A stretch of 32,000 bases of DNA, taken from the NCBI RefSeq assembly GCF_000017305.1, contig NC_009664.2, positions 930,001-962,000 of the forward strand. Reading direction: 5' to 3'. A model generated the notes under the pieces. That model did no database searches. It was not told the origin of the DNA and saw only the letters and a list, made by a program, of their open reading frames with translations. Numbering within the stretch: position 1 is the first letter of the stretch; each line of letters starts with the position of its first letter. This DNA is from Kineococcus radiotolerans SRS30216 = ATCC BAA-149 (GTDB lineage Bacteria > Actinomycetota > Actinomycetes > Actinomycetales > Kineococcaceae). Shown here piece after piece: positions 8,723 through 22,312 of this stretch. A program made the position numbers and the translations under genes.

Positions 8723-11287
8723 TCAGGCGTTGGCGACCAGGCCGAGCTCGGCGGGGCCGGCCAGCCCGGGGTGGCGGGGCAGGACCCGCACGGTGTAGCC
8801 GAACGGGCCGGTCTGACGCAGGGCGAACTCCCCCTCGAACCGGTGCCGGCCCCCGCCGAGCGCCTCGCCGTGGTGCAGGGGGACGGTGCCCGAGGGACGC
8901 AGCTCGTCGGACTCGCTGACCCGCCCGTGCACGACCTGCACCTCGACGTCGTCGACGGACAGCTCCCCCAGCGACACGTTGGCGCGCACGTGCACGACGT
9001 CGCCGATCTGGGCGGAGTCGCCGACGCCGGCGGACTCCACGTGCTCGACGCGGACCTCGGCCCACCCCGAGCGCACCGCCGCCTTCCAGCGGGCGAGGTC
9101 GCGGGCCGCCGCGGCCGAGGAGGCGAGCGCCGCGCGCCCGGCCCGGGCCGCCGGCACGTACAGCTGCTCGACGTAGTCGGTGACCATGCGGCTGGCCAGC
9201 ACCTTCGGCCCCAGCGAGGCCAGGGTGTGGCGGACCATCTCCAGCCAGCGGGCGGGCAGGCCCCGCTCGTCGCGGTCGTAGAACCGCGCGGCGACGGAGT
9301 TCTCCACGAGGTCGTACAGCGCGGCGGCCTCGAGGTCGTCGCGGTGCTCGGGGTCGTCCACGCCGTCGGCGGTGGGGATGGCCCAGCCGTTGCCGCCGTC
9401 GTACCACTCGTCCCACCAGCCGTCGAGGATGGAGAGGTTCAGCCCGCCGTTGAGCGCGGCCTTCATCCCGGACGTGCCGCAGGCCTCGAAGGGGCGCAGC
9501 GGGTTGTTCAGCCACACGTCGCACCCGGGGTACAGCGTCAGCGCCATGGTGATGTCGTAGTTGGGCAGGAAGACGATGCGGTGGCGCACCGCGGGGTCGT
9601 CGGCGAAGCGGACCATCTGCTGGATGAGGCGCTTGCCCGTCTCGTCGGCGGGGTGGGACTTGCCGGCGATGACGAGCTGGACGGGGCGCTGGGGGTGCAG
9701 CAGCATCGACCGCAGCCGTTCGGGGTCGCGCAGCATGAGGGTCAGGCGCTTGTAGGTGGGCACCCGGCGGGCGAAGCCGATGGTGAGGACGTCGGGGTCC
9801 AGGACGTCCTTGGTCCAGGCCAGCTCCGCCTCCGAGGCCCCGCGCTGCAGCCAGGACAGCTTCAGCCGCCGCCGGGCGTCCTCGACGAGGCGGGCGCGCA
9901 GCAGCCGCCGGGTCCGCCAGATCTCCTCGTCGGGCACCTGCCCGACCTTCTCGAAGCCCAGGCCCTCGCGGGGCAGCTCGGGGCCGATGTACTGCTTGCC
10001 CATGGTGATGACCTCGGGAGCCACCCAGGTGGGGGCGTGCACGCCGTTGGTGATGGAGGCGATGGGCACCTCGGGGGCGTCGAAGCCGGGCCAGAGGCCG
10101 TCGAACATGCCGCGGCTGACGGCGCCGTGCAGCTGCGAGACCCCGTTGGCCCGCTGGGCCAGGCGCAGCCCCATGACGGCCATGTTGAAGACGCCGGGGT
10201 CGCCGCCCTCGTAGTCCTCCGCGCCCAGCGCCAGGACCCGGTCCAGGGGGACCCCGGGCAGCGGGTTGCCCGCGCCGAAGTACAGCTCGATCTGGTCGCG
10301 GCCGAAGCGGTCGATCCCGGCCGGGACGGGCGTGTGGGTGGTGAAGACGGTCGCGGCGCGCACGGCCTCCAGCGCCTCGTCGAAGGTGAGGCCGCGCTCG
10401 ACGTGCTCGCGGATCCGCTCCACCGACAGGAACCCCGCGTGCCCCTCGTTGGTGTGGTAGACCTCCGGCTCCGGGGCGCCGGTGAGCCGGGACCAGGTCC
10501 GCAGCGCGCGCACCCCGCCGATCCCGCAGAGCAGCTCCTGCTGCAGGCGGTGCTCCCCGCCCCCGCCGTAGAGGCGGTCGGTGACCCCGCGGGCGGCGTC
10601 GTCGTTCTCCTCCACGTCGGAGTCCAGCAGCAGCAGCGGGACCCGCCCCACCTGCGCCTTCCACACCTGCGCCCACAGCCGGCGCCCGCCGGGCAGGTCG
10701 AGGGAGACCTTCGCCGCGGTCCCGTCGGCCTCGCGCAGCAGCGACAGCGGCAGGCCGTCGGGGTCGAGCACGGGGTAGGTCTCCTGCTGCCAGCCGTCGC
10801 GGGACAGCGACTGCTTGAAGTAGCCCGTCGCGTAGAACAGGCCCACCCCCACGATCGGCACGGCCAGGTCGCTGGCGGACTTCAGGTGGTCCCCGGCGAG
10901 GATGCCGAGCCCGCCGGAGTACTGCGGCAGGGCGCCGGTGATGCCGAACTCCATGGAGAAGTAGGCCACCGAGGCGGGGGCGTCGTCGCCGAGCCCGGCG
11001 TACCAGCCCGGGCGCTGGAGGTAGGTGCGCAGGTCCGCCGCGGCGGCGTGGACCCGCTCCACGAAGCGCGGGTCCGCGGCCAGGACCTCCAGGCGCTCGG
11101 TGCTCAAGGCCCCCAGCAGCGCGCCGGGTTCGCGGTGGACCGCGACCCAGGCGGTGGGGTCCATGGACTCGAAGAGGTCGCGGGTGGGTTTGTGCCAGGA
11201 CCAGCGGAGGTTGCTCGCCAGTTCCCCCAGCGGCGCCAGCGGCGCGGGGAGGACGGTGCGGACGGTGAAGCGCCTGATTGCTCTCAC
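8723..11287 (-). CDS. glgP: alpha-glucan (glycogen/maltodextrin) phosphorylase, actinobacterial GlgP type
   Basis: The N-terminus (V)RAIRRFTVRTVLPAPL is characteristic of actinobacterial alpha-glucan phosphorylases. It also has LRWSWH and the PLP-lysine region EACGTSGMKAALNG. I prefer the GTG at 11287 as the start; the track start (GTG at 11299) is the alternative. Confidence 0.93.
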   Translation of the reverse strand: MRAIRRFTVRTVLPAPLAPLGELASNLRWSWHKPTRDLFESMDPTAWVAVHREPGALLGALSTERLEVLAADPRFVERVHAAAADLRTYLQRPGWYAGLGDDAPASVAYFSMEFGITGALPQYSGGLGILAGDHLKSASDLAVPIVGVGLFYATGYFKQSLSRDGWQQETYPVLDPDGLPLSLLREADGTAAKVSLDLPGGRRLWAQVWKAQVGRVPLLLLDSDVEENDDAARGVTDRLYGGGGEHRLQQELLCGIGGVRALRTWSRLTGAPEPEVYHTNEGHAGFLSVERIREHVERGLTFDEALEAVRAATVFTTHTPVPAGIDRFGRDQIELYFGAGNPLPGVPLDRVLALGAEDYEGGDPGVFNMAVMGLRLAQRANGVSQLHGAVSRGMFDGLWPGFDAPEVPIASITNGVHAPTWVAPEVITMGKQYIGPELPREGLGFEKVGQVPDEEIWRTRRLLRARLVEDARRRLKLSWLQRGASEAELAWTKDVLDPDVLTIGFARRVPTYKRLTLMLRDPERLRSMLLHPQRPVQLVIAGKSHPADETGKRLIQQMVRFADDPAVRHRIVFLPNYDITMALTLYPGCDVWLNNPLRPFEACGTSGMKAALNGGLNLSILDGWWDEWYDGGNGWAIPTADGVDDPEHRDDLEAAALYDLVENSVAARFYDRDERGLPARWLEMVRHTLASLGPKVLASRMVTDYVEQLYVPAARAGRAALASSAAAARDLARWKAAVRSGWAEVRVEHVESAGVGDSAQIGDVVHVRANVSLGELSVDDVEVQVVHGRVSESDELRPSGTVPLHHGEALGGGRHRFEGEFALRQTGPFGYTVRVLPRHPGLAGPAELGLVANA

Positions 11288-11388
11288 GGGCGCCGACACT
11301 AGACCCGCGGTCGGCGCAGGTCGACGCCTCCGGGCGCAGCGGGCGCTCCCGCGCGACGCGGCGCCCTCCCCTCGGTAGGTTGCGGGTC

Positions 11389-13443
11389 GTGACCATCGAG
11401 CGCGGAGCGGACCAGGGCACCCGAGGAGACACGTTGACCGTGCGGACGGACGCGGGGAGCACCCCCGTGGTGGGGCGCATCCCGGTGCTGGGCGTGGAGC
11501 CCGTCGTCGACGCCGGCCGGTGGCCGTCGCAGGCGGTGCCCGGGGAGCTCGTCCCGGTGCGGGCCACCGTCTTCCGCGAGGGGCACGACGCGGTGGCCGC
11601 GACCGCGGTGCTGGTCCGCCCCGACGGCACCGACGGGCCCTCGGCCCGGATGACCCTGGTGAACGCCGGCAAGGACGCCTACGCCGCGACCCTCTCCCCC
11701 GACGCCGAGGGCGATTGGGGCCTGCGCGTGGAGGGCTGGTCCGACCCCTACGGCACCTGGGACCACGACGCCACGATCAAGGTCGAGGCCGGGGTCGACG
11801 TGGCCCTCATGCTGGAGGAGGGCGCGCGGCTGATGGAGCGCGCCGCCGCCGCGCCCGGGCGCGCCGACGCCGACGTGCAGGTGCTGCGGGAGGCCGCCGA
11901 CGCCCTGCGCGACACCTCCCGCGGCGACCACGAGCGCCTGGACGCCGGCCGCAGCGAGGCCGTGCGCGAGGTCCTGGACCGGCTGCCGGTGCGCGACCTG
12001 GTGACCGCGTCGGCGACCTACCCGCTGCGCGTGGAGCGCAGGCTGGCGGCCTTCACCGCGTGGTACGAGTTCTTCCCCCGCTCCGAGGGGGCCTACTGGG
12101 ACGAGGAGGCGCAGCGCTGGGTGTCGGGGACGTTCCGCACCGCGGCCGAGCGGCTGCCGGCGATCGCCGAGATGGGCTTCGACGTCGCCTACCTGACCCC
12201 GATCCACCCCATCGGGCGCGTCAACCGCAAGGGCCCGAACAACAGCCTCACCGCCGGCCCGCTGGACCCCGGTTCGCCGTACGCGATCGGGGCCGCCGAG
12301 GGCGGGCACGACGCGCTGCACCCGGACCTGGGGACCTTCGAGGACTTCGACGCCTTCGTGGCCCGGGCGAAGGAGCTGGGCCTGGAGGTCGCGATGGACA
12401 TCGCCCTGCAGTGCGCCCCGGACCACCCCTGGGTCACCGAGCACCCGGAGTGGTTCACCACCCGGGCCGACGGGTCGATCGCGTTCGCGGAGAACCCGCC
12501 CAAGAAGTACCAGGACATCTACCCGCTGAACTTCGACAACGACCCGGCGGGGATCTACGCCGAGGTCAAGCGCGTCGTCGAGGTGTGGATCGACCACGGC
12601 GTGACGCTGTTCCGGGTCGACAACCCCCACACCAAGCCGGTGGAGTTCTGGGAGTGGCTCATCACCGAGGTGCGCCGGGACCACCCGGAGGTGATCTGGC
12701 TGGCCGAGGCGTTCACCAAGCCCGCCATGATGCACACCCTGGCCAAGGTGGGCTTCCAGCAGTCGTACTCCTACTTCGCCTGGCGCAACGCCGCCTGGGA
12801 GATCCGGGAGTACCTGGAACAGCTGACCACCGAGTCCGCGCACTACATGATCCCCAGCTTCTGGCCGACCACGCACGACATCCTCACCCCGACCATGCAG
12901 TACGGCGGGCCGCCGGTGTTCAAGCTGCGCGCGGTGCTGGCCGCGCTGCTGAGCCCCTCGTGGGGCATCTACACCGGCTACGAGCTCGTCGAGCACGCGG
13001 CGCGGCCCGGGGCGGAGGAGCAGCTGGACAACGAGAAGTACCAGTACCGCCCCCGCGACTTCGCGAAGGCCGAGGCCGAGGGCTGGTCGCTGGCCCCCTA
13101 CCTGAAGCGGCTCAACGAGGTCCGCCGCGCCCACCCGGCGCTGCAGCAGCTGCGCGGCACCGTCTTCCACGCCAGCGACGACGAGAACGTCCTCTGCTTC
13201 TCCCGCCGCCGCGTCGAGGCCGACGGCACCGAGGACCTCGTGATCGTGGTGGTCAACCTCGACCCGCACTCGACCCGGGAGACCACCGTCCACCTGAACA
13301 TGGGCGCGCTGGGCCGGCAGTGGTGGGACCGCTTCACCGTGCGCGACGAGCTGACCGGGGCCGAGTTCGAGTGGGGCGAGCACGACTACGTGCGCCTGGA
13401 CCCCCACGTCGAACCCGCTCACGTCTTCTCCGTGCGGTCCTGA
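11389..13443 (+). CDS. glgE: alpha-1,4-glucan:maltose-1-phosphate maltosyltransferase GlgE
   Basis: [20 protein letters not shown]...[10 protein letters not shown]...[11 protein letters not shown]...[10 protein letters not shown]...LAEAFT... is the GlgE signature. The start is ambiguous. GTG 11389 lies 7 nt after a TAGGTT -10-like hexamer, which would fit a leaderless transcript. TTG 11434 lies 5 nt after GAGGAG. The track start at 11278 would overlap glgP. Confidence 0.93.
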   Translation: MTIERGADQGTRGDTLTVRTDAGSTPVVGRIPVLGVEPVVDAGRWPSQAVPGELVPVRATVFREGHDAVAATAVLVRPDGTDGPSARMTLVNAGKDAYAATLSPDAEGDWGLRVEGWSDPYGTWDHDATIKVEAGVDVALMLEEGARLMERAAAAPGRADADVQVLREAADALRDTSRGDHERLDAGRSEAVREVLDRLPVRDLVTASATYPLRVERRLAAFTAWYEFFPRSEGAYWDEEAQRWVSGTFRTAAERLPAIAEMGFDVAYLTPIHPIGRVNRKGPNNSLTAGPLDPGSPYAIGAAEGGHDALHPDLGTFEDFDAFVARAKELGLEVAMDIALQCAPDHPWVTEHPEWFTTRADGSIAFAENPPKKYQDIYPLNFDNDPAGIYAEVKRVVEVWIDHGVTLFRVDNPHTKPVEFWEWLITEVRRDHPEVIWLAEAFTKPAMMHTLAKVGFQQSYSYFAWRNAAWEIREYLEQLTTESAHYMIPSFWPTTHDILTPTMQYGGPPVFKLRAVLAALLSPSWGIYTGYELVEHAARPGAEEQLDNEKYQYRPRDFAKAEAEGWSLAPYLKRLNEVRRAHPALQQLRGTVFHASDDENVLCFSRRRVEADGTEDLVIVVVNLDPHSTRETTVHLNMGALGRQWWDRFTVRDELTGAEFEWGEHDYVRLDPHVEPAHVFSVRS

Positions 13444-13445
13444 CG

Positions 13446-15193
<1,748 letters not shown>

Positions 15194-15197
<4 letters not shown>

Positions 15198-16597
15198 GCG
15201 CGGACGTCCGCACCTCCGCCGCCTCCGACGAGGCCGTCGCCGCCCTGCTGCTCGAGTGGGCCCCGGCTCAGCGGTGGTTCGCGCACAAGGGCGTCGCCGC
15301 CCACGTGGAGCGCATCGAGCGCACCCCCCTCGACGAGGGCGGGGTGGCGCAGCTCGTCGCGCTCACCGTGCGCTCCGGGGAGGGCGAGGACGCCCCGCGC
15401 ACCGTCTACTCGGTGCCGATCAGCGTCCGCCCGGCCCCCGACGAGGCCCTGGCCGCGGCCCTCGTCGGCGAGCTCCCCGACGTCGACGGGGCCCGGGCCT
15501 GGGTCTACGACGGCCCGCACGACCCGACGTGGACGCGCGCGCTGCTGACCCTCGTCGCCAGCGAGGAGGGGGCCGGCTCGCGCAGCTTCGGCGTCCACGG
15601 CACCAGCGCCGACGGCGGGCTGCCCGTCCCGGCCGGGGCGCGCACCAAGGTGCTGGGCGGGGAGCAGTCGAACACCTCGATCGTCGTGGCCGCCGACGAG
15701 GGCGAGACCCCCCTCATCGCCAAGGTCTTCCGGGTCCTCTCCGCCGGGGACAACCCCGACGTCGTCGTGCAGACCGCCCTCGCCGACGCCGGCTGCGGGC
15801 GGGTCCCGCGCCCCTCGGGGTGGGTGGACGGCCACTGGACCGACGTCTCGGGCGAGCGGGTCGCGGGCCACTTCGTCCACCTGACGGAGTTCCTGGCCGG
15901 GTCCGAGGACGCCTGGCGGGTCGCCACGGCGGCCGTGGCGCAGGGGCGCGACTTCTCCGCCGAGGCCCGCGAGCTGGGCCGGGCCACCGCCGAGGTGCAC
16001 GCCGTGCTCGCGGCGGAGCTGGCCACCGAGGAGGCCACCCCGCAGCGGCTGGCGGCGCTGGCCGACGGCCTCCTGGAGCGGGTCGAGTGGGCCACCACGG
16101 CCGTCCCGCAGCTGCGCGAGGTGGCCGGGGCCGCCCGCGCCCGCGTCGACGCCGTCCGCGGCGTCGCGCACGCCCCGGCGCTGCAGCGCGTGCACGGGGA
16201 CTACCACCTGGGCCAGGTCCTGCACTCGGCCTCCCGGGGCTGGGTGCTGCTGGACTTCGAGGGCGAGCCGCTGCGGCCGCTGTCCGAGCGCAGCCTGCCC
16301 GACCTCGCGCTGCGCGACGTCGCGGGGATGCTGCGCTCCTTCGACTACGCCGCCTCCACCGTGCCCGACCCGGGCGACTGGGGCCCCCGGGCCCGGGAGG
16401 CGTTCCTCGACGGCTACGCCGAGGTCGTCGGCACCGACCCGCGGCAGGGCGAGCAGGCCGTGCTGCTGGCCGCCCTCGAGCTCGACAAGGCGCTCTACGA
16501 GGTCGTCTACGAAGCCCGCAACCGGCCCGACTGGTTGCGCATCCCGCTGGACGCCGTGCACCGGTTGCTCCAGTCCGCCTCCGCCGACCCGTCCTGA
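15194..16597 (+). CDS. pep2: maltokinase (maltose 1-phosphate-forming) Pep2/Mak
   Basis: Has the [12 protein letters not shown] motif, the catalytic [10 protein letters not shown]...DFEGEP motif and a [14 protein letters not shown]-terminus, all typical of Mak/Pep2. GTGA start/stop overlap with treS. Confidence 0.9.
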
Positions 16598-16634
16598 GAG
16601 GCGAGGTCCTGACCACCACGGGAGACTCCCAACC

Positions 16635-18833
<2,199 letters not shown>

Positions 18834-18841
18834 TCCTCCGC

Positions 18842-18897
18842 CCCCGCACGACACGACGGCCCCGCCGGGTTCCCGGCGGGGCCGTCGTCGTGCGGGG
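18842..18897 (+). terminator. long GC-rich hairpin downstream of glgB (candidate terminator)
   Basis: 25 bp of pairing between 18842-18868 and 18873-18897, with a 2-nt bulge (18851-18852) and a GTTC loop. It starts 9 nt after the glgB stop. Confidence 0.6.
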
Positions 18898-18912
18898 CGT
18901 CGTCGTGCGGGG
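18883..18912. repeat. perfect 15-bp tandem duplication (CGTCGTCGTGCGGGG x2) spanning the 3' arm of the glgB terminator hairpin
   Basis: Copy 1 is 18883-18897 and copy 2 is 18898-18912, read directly from the sequence. Confidence 0.85.
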
Positions 18913-18950
18913 CGGAGGACGCCGAGCGAGGCTCGCGCCGTCGTGGACGG

Positions 18951-18982
18951 CGGCCCGGGACCCCGGGCGGGGTCCCGGGCCG
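18951..18982 (-). terminator. 14-bp stem-loop downstream of the betaine-type ABC operon (candidate terminator)
   Basis: CGGCCCGGGACCCC / gggc / GGGGTCCCGGGCCG, ending 8 nt beyond the stop of the minus-strand binding-protein gene (18990). Confidence 0.5.
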
Positions 18983-18989
18983 GGTGGGC

Positions 18990-19925
18990 TCAGGCCAGGC
19001 CGAGCTCGGTCAGGAACGCCGTGGCGACGGCCGCCGAGGACTTCTTGTCCACCTGCACCTGGGCCAGGAACTTCGTGAGGTTCTCCGTCGTCAGCTTCGC
19101 CGACAGGCCGTCGAGGGCCTCGGTGATCTCGGGGGTGTTCTTCTCGGACCGGATGAGCGGGAGGATGTTCTCCGCCAGGAACAGCTGCTTGGTGTCCTCC
19201 AGGACGACGAAGCCGTTCGTCGTGATGGCGGAGTCGGTGGAGAAGATGTTGCCGACCTGGATGGTGCCGTCGGCCAGCGCCCCGACGGTCAGCGGGCCGC
19301 CGGCGTCCAGCGGGCGGAACTCCTTGAACTGCACGCCGTAGAGCTCCTTGAGCCCCACGAGGCCCTGGTACCGCTCCTGGAACTCCGGGCCGGCGCCGCA
19401 GACCAGCTCGCCGGCCACCGGCGCGAGGTCCTCGATGGTCTTCAGGCTGTACTTCGACGCCGTCTCCGCGGTCACGGAAAGGGTGTCCTTGTCCTCGGCG
19501 GCGGACTGCTCGAGGACCTCGGTCCCCTCCGGCAGGACCTCCTTCAGCGCCCCGAGGACGTCCTCGGGGGCCGAGACGCCCTCGGGGGCGCCGCCGTCGG
19601 ACAGGGCGGCGAGCAGCGCGCCGTTGTACTCCGGCAGCAGGTCGATGGAGCCGTCCTGGAGGGCCTTGAGGTACACCTCGCGGGCGCCGATGTTGAACTT
19701 CCGCTGGACCTCGACACCGGACTTCTCCAGCACCTGGGCGTACATCTCCGCGAGCAGTTCGCTCTCGGGGAAGTTGGCCGAGCCGACGATGACGGCGGCG
19801 GTGTCGGTGGCGGCCCCCGTCGAGGTGTCGGTGGCGGCCAGCGGGTCCTCCCCGCCACCGCAGGCGGTCAGCGCAGCGGTGAGGGAGCCCGCGAGGGCGA
19901 GACCGAGGAGTGACCTGCGATTCAT
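18990..19925 (-). CDS. glycine betaine/choline-type (OpuC/ProX family, OpuAC fold) ABC substrate-binding lipoprotein
   Basis: Signal peptide plus lipobox (LAGSLTAALTACGG). VIVGSANFPESELLAEMYAQVLEKSG...IDLLPEYNGALL... resembles OpuCC/OsmX-type quaternary-amine binding proteins. ATGA overlap with the upstream permease. Confidence 0.85.
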   Translation of the reverse strand: MNRRSLLGLALAGSLTAALTACGGGEDPLAATDTSTGAATDTAAVIVGSANFPESELLAEMYAQVLEKSGVEVQRKFNIGAREVYLKALQDGSIDLLPEYNGALLAALSDGGAPEGVSAPEDVLGALKEVLPEGTEVLEQSAAEDKDTLSVTAETASKYSLKTIEDLAPVAGELVCGAGPEFQERYQGLVGLKELYGVQFKEFRPLDAGGPLTVGALADGTIQVGNIFSTDSAITTNGFVVLEDTKQLFLAENILPLIRSEKNTPEITEALDGLSAKLTTENLTKFLAQVQVDKKSSAAVATAFLTELGLA

Positions 19926-20677
19926 GACGTGCCTTTCGACGTGCCTGCACCGATGAGTTCGGTGTCGGGTTCAACGGGGGACTCTGCCACGGATCCGCGG
20001 CGCCCCGCGCGGGAGCGGCCGCGGCCGCTGATGCCCGGGGAGACGACGTAGCGCTGGACCAGGCCCAGCAGCAGGTCGAGGACGATGGCCAGCGCCGCGA
20101 CCACGACGGCCCCGGCGACGACGCGGCCGTAGTCGTTGACGGCGAGGCCGTCGACGAGGAGGCGACCCAGCCCGGAGAGGCCGACGTAGGCGGCGACCGT
20201 CGCGGTCGCCACGACCTGCAGCACCGCGGCGCGGACCCCGCCGAAGACGACGGGCAGCGCCATGGGCAGCTCGACGCGGAAGAGGACCTGGGAGGAGGTC
20301 ATGCCCATCCCCCGGGCCGCGTCGACGGCGTTGCGGTCCACCGAGCGCAGCCCGGCGTAGGTGGAGGTGAGGATCGGGGGGATGACGAGCACGACGAGGG
20401 CGATGAGGACGGGGACGAACCCGAGCCCCATGAGCGTCACGAGCAGGCTCAGCAGGCCCAGCGTGGGCAGCGAGCGCCCGGCGTTGCCGGCGTTGATGGC
20501 CAGGAAGGACCCCTTGCCGGTGTGGCCGATGAGCAGGCCGATCGGGAAGGCGATGAGGAAGCCCACGGCCACCGAGATCGCGGTGTAGCCCAGGTGCGAC
20601 ACCAGCAGGTGCGGGATGGAGCCGGTGGTCCCCCAGTCCCAGTGGGCGGGGTCGAGCAGGTACGGGGTGCCGTCCAC
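19922..20677 (-). CDS. ABC transporter permease (OpuCB/OpuCD-like) with a roughly 40-aa hydrophilic C-terminal tail
   Basis: Hydrophobic BPD-type permease (...AGNAGRSLPTLGLLSLLV...DAARGMGMTSSQVLFRVELPMALPVVFGGVRAAVLQVVATATVAAYVG...). The GTG start lies 1 nt after the stop of the preceding permease. Confidence 0.85.
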   Translation of the reverse strand: MDGTPYLLDPAHWDWGTTGSIPHLLVSHLGYTAISVAVGFLIAFPIGLLIGHTGKGSFLAINAGNAGRSLPTLGLLSLLVTLMGLGFVPVLIALVVLVIPPILTSTYAGLRSVDRNAVDAARGMGMTSSQVLFRVELPMALPVVFGGVRAAVLQVVATATVAAYVGLSGLGRLLVDGLAVNDYGRVVAGAVVVAALAIVLDLLLGLVQRYVVSPGISGRGRSRAGRRGSVAESPVEPDTELIGAGTSKGTS

Positions 20678-20678
20678 G

Positions 20679-21335
20679 TCAGGCCCCCCGTTCCAGCCGC
20701 GTCCAGGGGGTCACGGCCCGCTGGAACAGCACGATGACGACGTCGGCGATGGCGGCCAGGGCGATGGAGAGCACGATCCCCACGACGATCGGGGCGGTGT
20801 AGAAGAGTTGGAACCCGCGGGTGAACAGCGCGCCCAGCCCGCCCACCCCGAGCAGCGCGCCGACGCTGACGAGGGAGATGTTGGACACGGCCGCGACGCG
20901 CACCCCGGCGAGGACGACCGGCGCGGCCAGCGGCAGCTCCACCTCGAGCAGGCGGCGGGTCCGCCGGTAGCCCATGGCCGTCGCGGCCTCGGTCAGGGTC
21001 GGGTCGACCGAGCGCAGGCCGTCGGCGACGGTGCGGGCCATCAGCGCGATCGTGTAGATCGTCAGCGCCACCACGATGTTCACCGGGGAGAGGATCCGGG
21101 TGCCCAGGACGTAGGGCAGGGTCACGAACACGGCCAGGGAGGGGATCGCGTACACGATCCCGGAGACCCCCAGCAGGGGCTGGTAGAGCCAGCCGAAGCG
21201 CACCCCGAGGTAGCCGATCGGCAGCGCCAGGGCGACCCCGATCACCAGCGGCAGGACGGCCAGCAGGACGTGCTGGCCGAGGGCGTCCAGGACGAGCCCG
21301 GAGTTGCCGGAGAGGTAGTCGAGGATCCCGTTCAC
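20679..21335 (-). CDS. ABC transporter permease (OpuCB/OpuCD-like)
   Basis: 218 aa, hydrophobic. ...EAATAMGYRRTRRLLEVELPLAAPVVLAGVRVAAVSNISLVSVGALLG... is an EAA-type loop. GTGA overlap with the ATPase stop. Confidence 0.85.
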   Translation of the reverse strand: MNGILDYLSGNSGLVLDALGQHVLLAVLPLVIGVALALPIGYLGVRFGWLYQPLLGVSGIVYAIPSLAVFVTLPYVLGTRILSPVNIVVALTIYTIALMARTVADGLRSVDPTLTEAATAMGYRRTRRLLEVELPLAAPVVLAGVRVAAVSNISLVSVGALLGVGGLGALFTRGFQLFYTAPIVVGIVLSIALAAIADVVIVLFQRAVTPWTRLERGA

Positions 21336-22312
21336 CGGCGCTCCTCCAGCAGGTCGACGACGTCGTGGTGGTGCACGATCCCGGTCGCCCGGCCCCGGTC
21401 GTCGACCTGCACCGCGATCCCGAGCGGGGAGGTGAGGGCCAGGTCGACGACGGTGCGCAGGGAGTCCCCGGCGCGGAAGCCGTCGACGCCGACGGGGCGG
21501 CCGTCCCCGTCGAGGACGAGCTGCGCGGCGCGCGCGTCGGTGAGGGGGCGCACCGGCAGGCCGTCCAGGCCCTCGAAGGACAGCCCGCGGTAGCCGCGGT
21601 CGCGGCCGACGAAGGTGCGCACGAAGTCGTCGGCGGGCTTGGTGAGCAGGTCGCGCGGGCTGCCGACCTGGGCGAGGTGCCCGCCCTGGCGGAAGACGGC
21701 GATGCGGTCGCCCAGGGTGATCGCCTCGTCGACGTCGTGGGTGACGACGGCGATGGTCTTGCCCAGCTCGCCCTGCAGGCGGAGGAACTCCTCCTGCAGC
21801 TGCCCGCGCACGACGGGGTCGACGGCGGAGAAGGGCTCGTCCATGAGCATGACCGGCGGGTCCGCGGCCAGGGCGCGGGCGACGCCGACGCGCTGCTGCT
21901 GGCCGCCGGAGAGCTGGGCGGGGTAGCGGTCGGCGAAGGCCGCGGGCAGCCCGACGCGCTCGAGCAGCTCGAGGGCGACCTGGCGCTGCCTGCCCCGCCC
22001 GACGAGCTTGGGCACCGTCAGGACGTTGTCGAGGACGGTCTTGTGGGGGAAGAGGCCCGCGTGCTGGATGACGTAGCCGATGCCCCGGCGCAGCGCGGCG
22101 GGGTCCTTGCCGCGGACGTCCTCGCCGTCGATGGTGACGCGGCCCGCGGTGGGCTCGACCATCCGGTTGATCATGCGCAGCGACGTCGTCTTCCCGCAGC
22201 CCGAGGGCCCCACGAACACCGTGATCTGCCCCGTGGGCAGTTCGAGGTCGAGGTGCTCGACGGCCACCGTCCCGTCGGGGAACTGCTTGCGGACGGCCTC
22301 GAACGTGATCAC
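21332..22312 (-). CDS. ABC transporter ATP-binding protein (OpuCA/ProV-like) with a C-terminal CBS-like region
   Basis: Walker A GPSGCGKTT, signature LSGGQQQRVGVARAL, Walker B VMLMDEPFSAVD, H-loop VTHD. I prefer the GTG at 22312 as the start (VITFEAVRKQF...), preceded by AGGAG. The track ORF extends to 22570, but the added N-terminus is low-complexity. Confidence 0.9.
   Translation of the reverse strand: MITFEAVRKQFPDGTVAVEHLDLELPTGQITVFVGPSGCGKTTSLRMINRMVEPTAGRVTIDGEDVRGKDPAALRRGIGYVIQHAGLFPHKTVLDNVLTVPKLVGRGRQRQVALELLERVGLPAAFADRYPAQLSGGQQQRVGVARALAADPPVMLMDEPFSAVDPVVRGQLQEEFLRLQGELGKTIAVVTHDVDEAITLGDRIAVFRQGGHLAQVGSPRDLLTKPADDFVRTFVGRDRGYRGLSFEGLDGLPVRPLTDARAAQLVLDGDGRPVGVDGFRAGDSLRTVVDLALTSPLGIAVQVDDRGRATGIVHHHDVVDLLEERR

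Noticed and set aside
7914-11672. 1252-aa ORF on the minus strand spanning add, glgP and the start of glgE
   Set aside because: Its translation is Arg/Pro/Gly/Ala low-complexity sequence with no recognisable motifs. It lies out of frame with or antisense to genes that have clear family signatures (add, glgP, glgE). This is a typical stop-codon-poor shadow frame of a genome above 70% GC.
11520-13445. 5' two-thirds of the 1225-aa ORF 11520..15197
   Set aside because: This part is an out-of-frame shadow over glgE (Arg/Gly/Pro-rich). TreS homology begins only at about 13446, right after the glgE stop.
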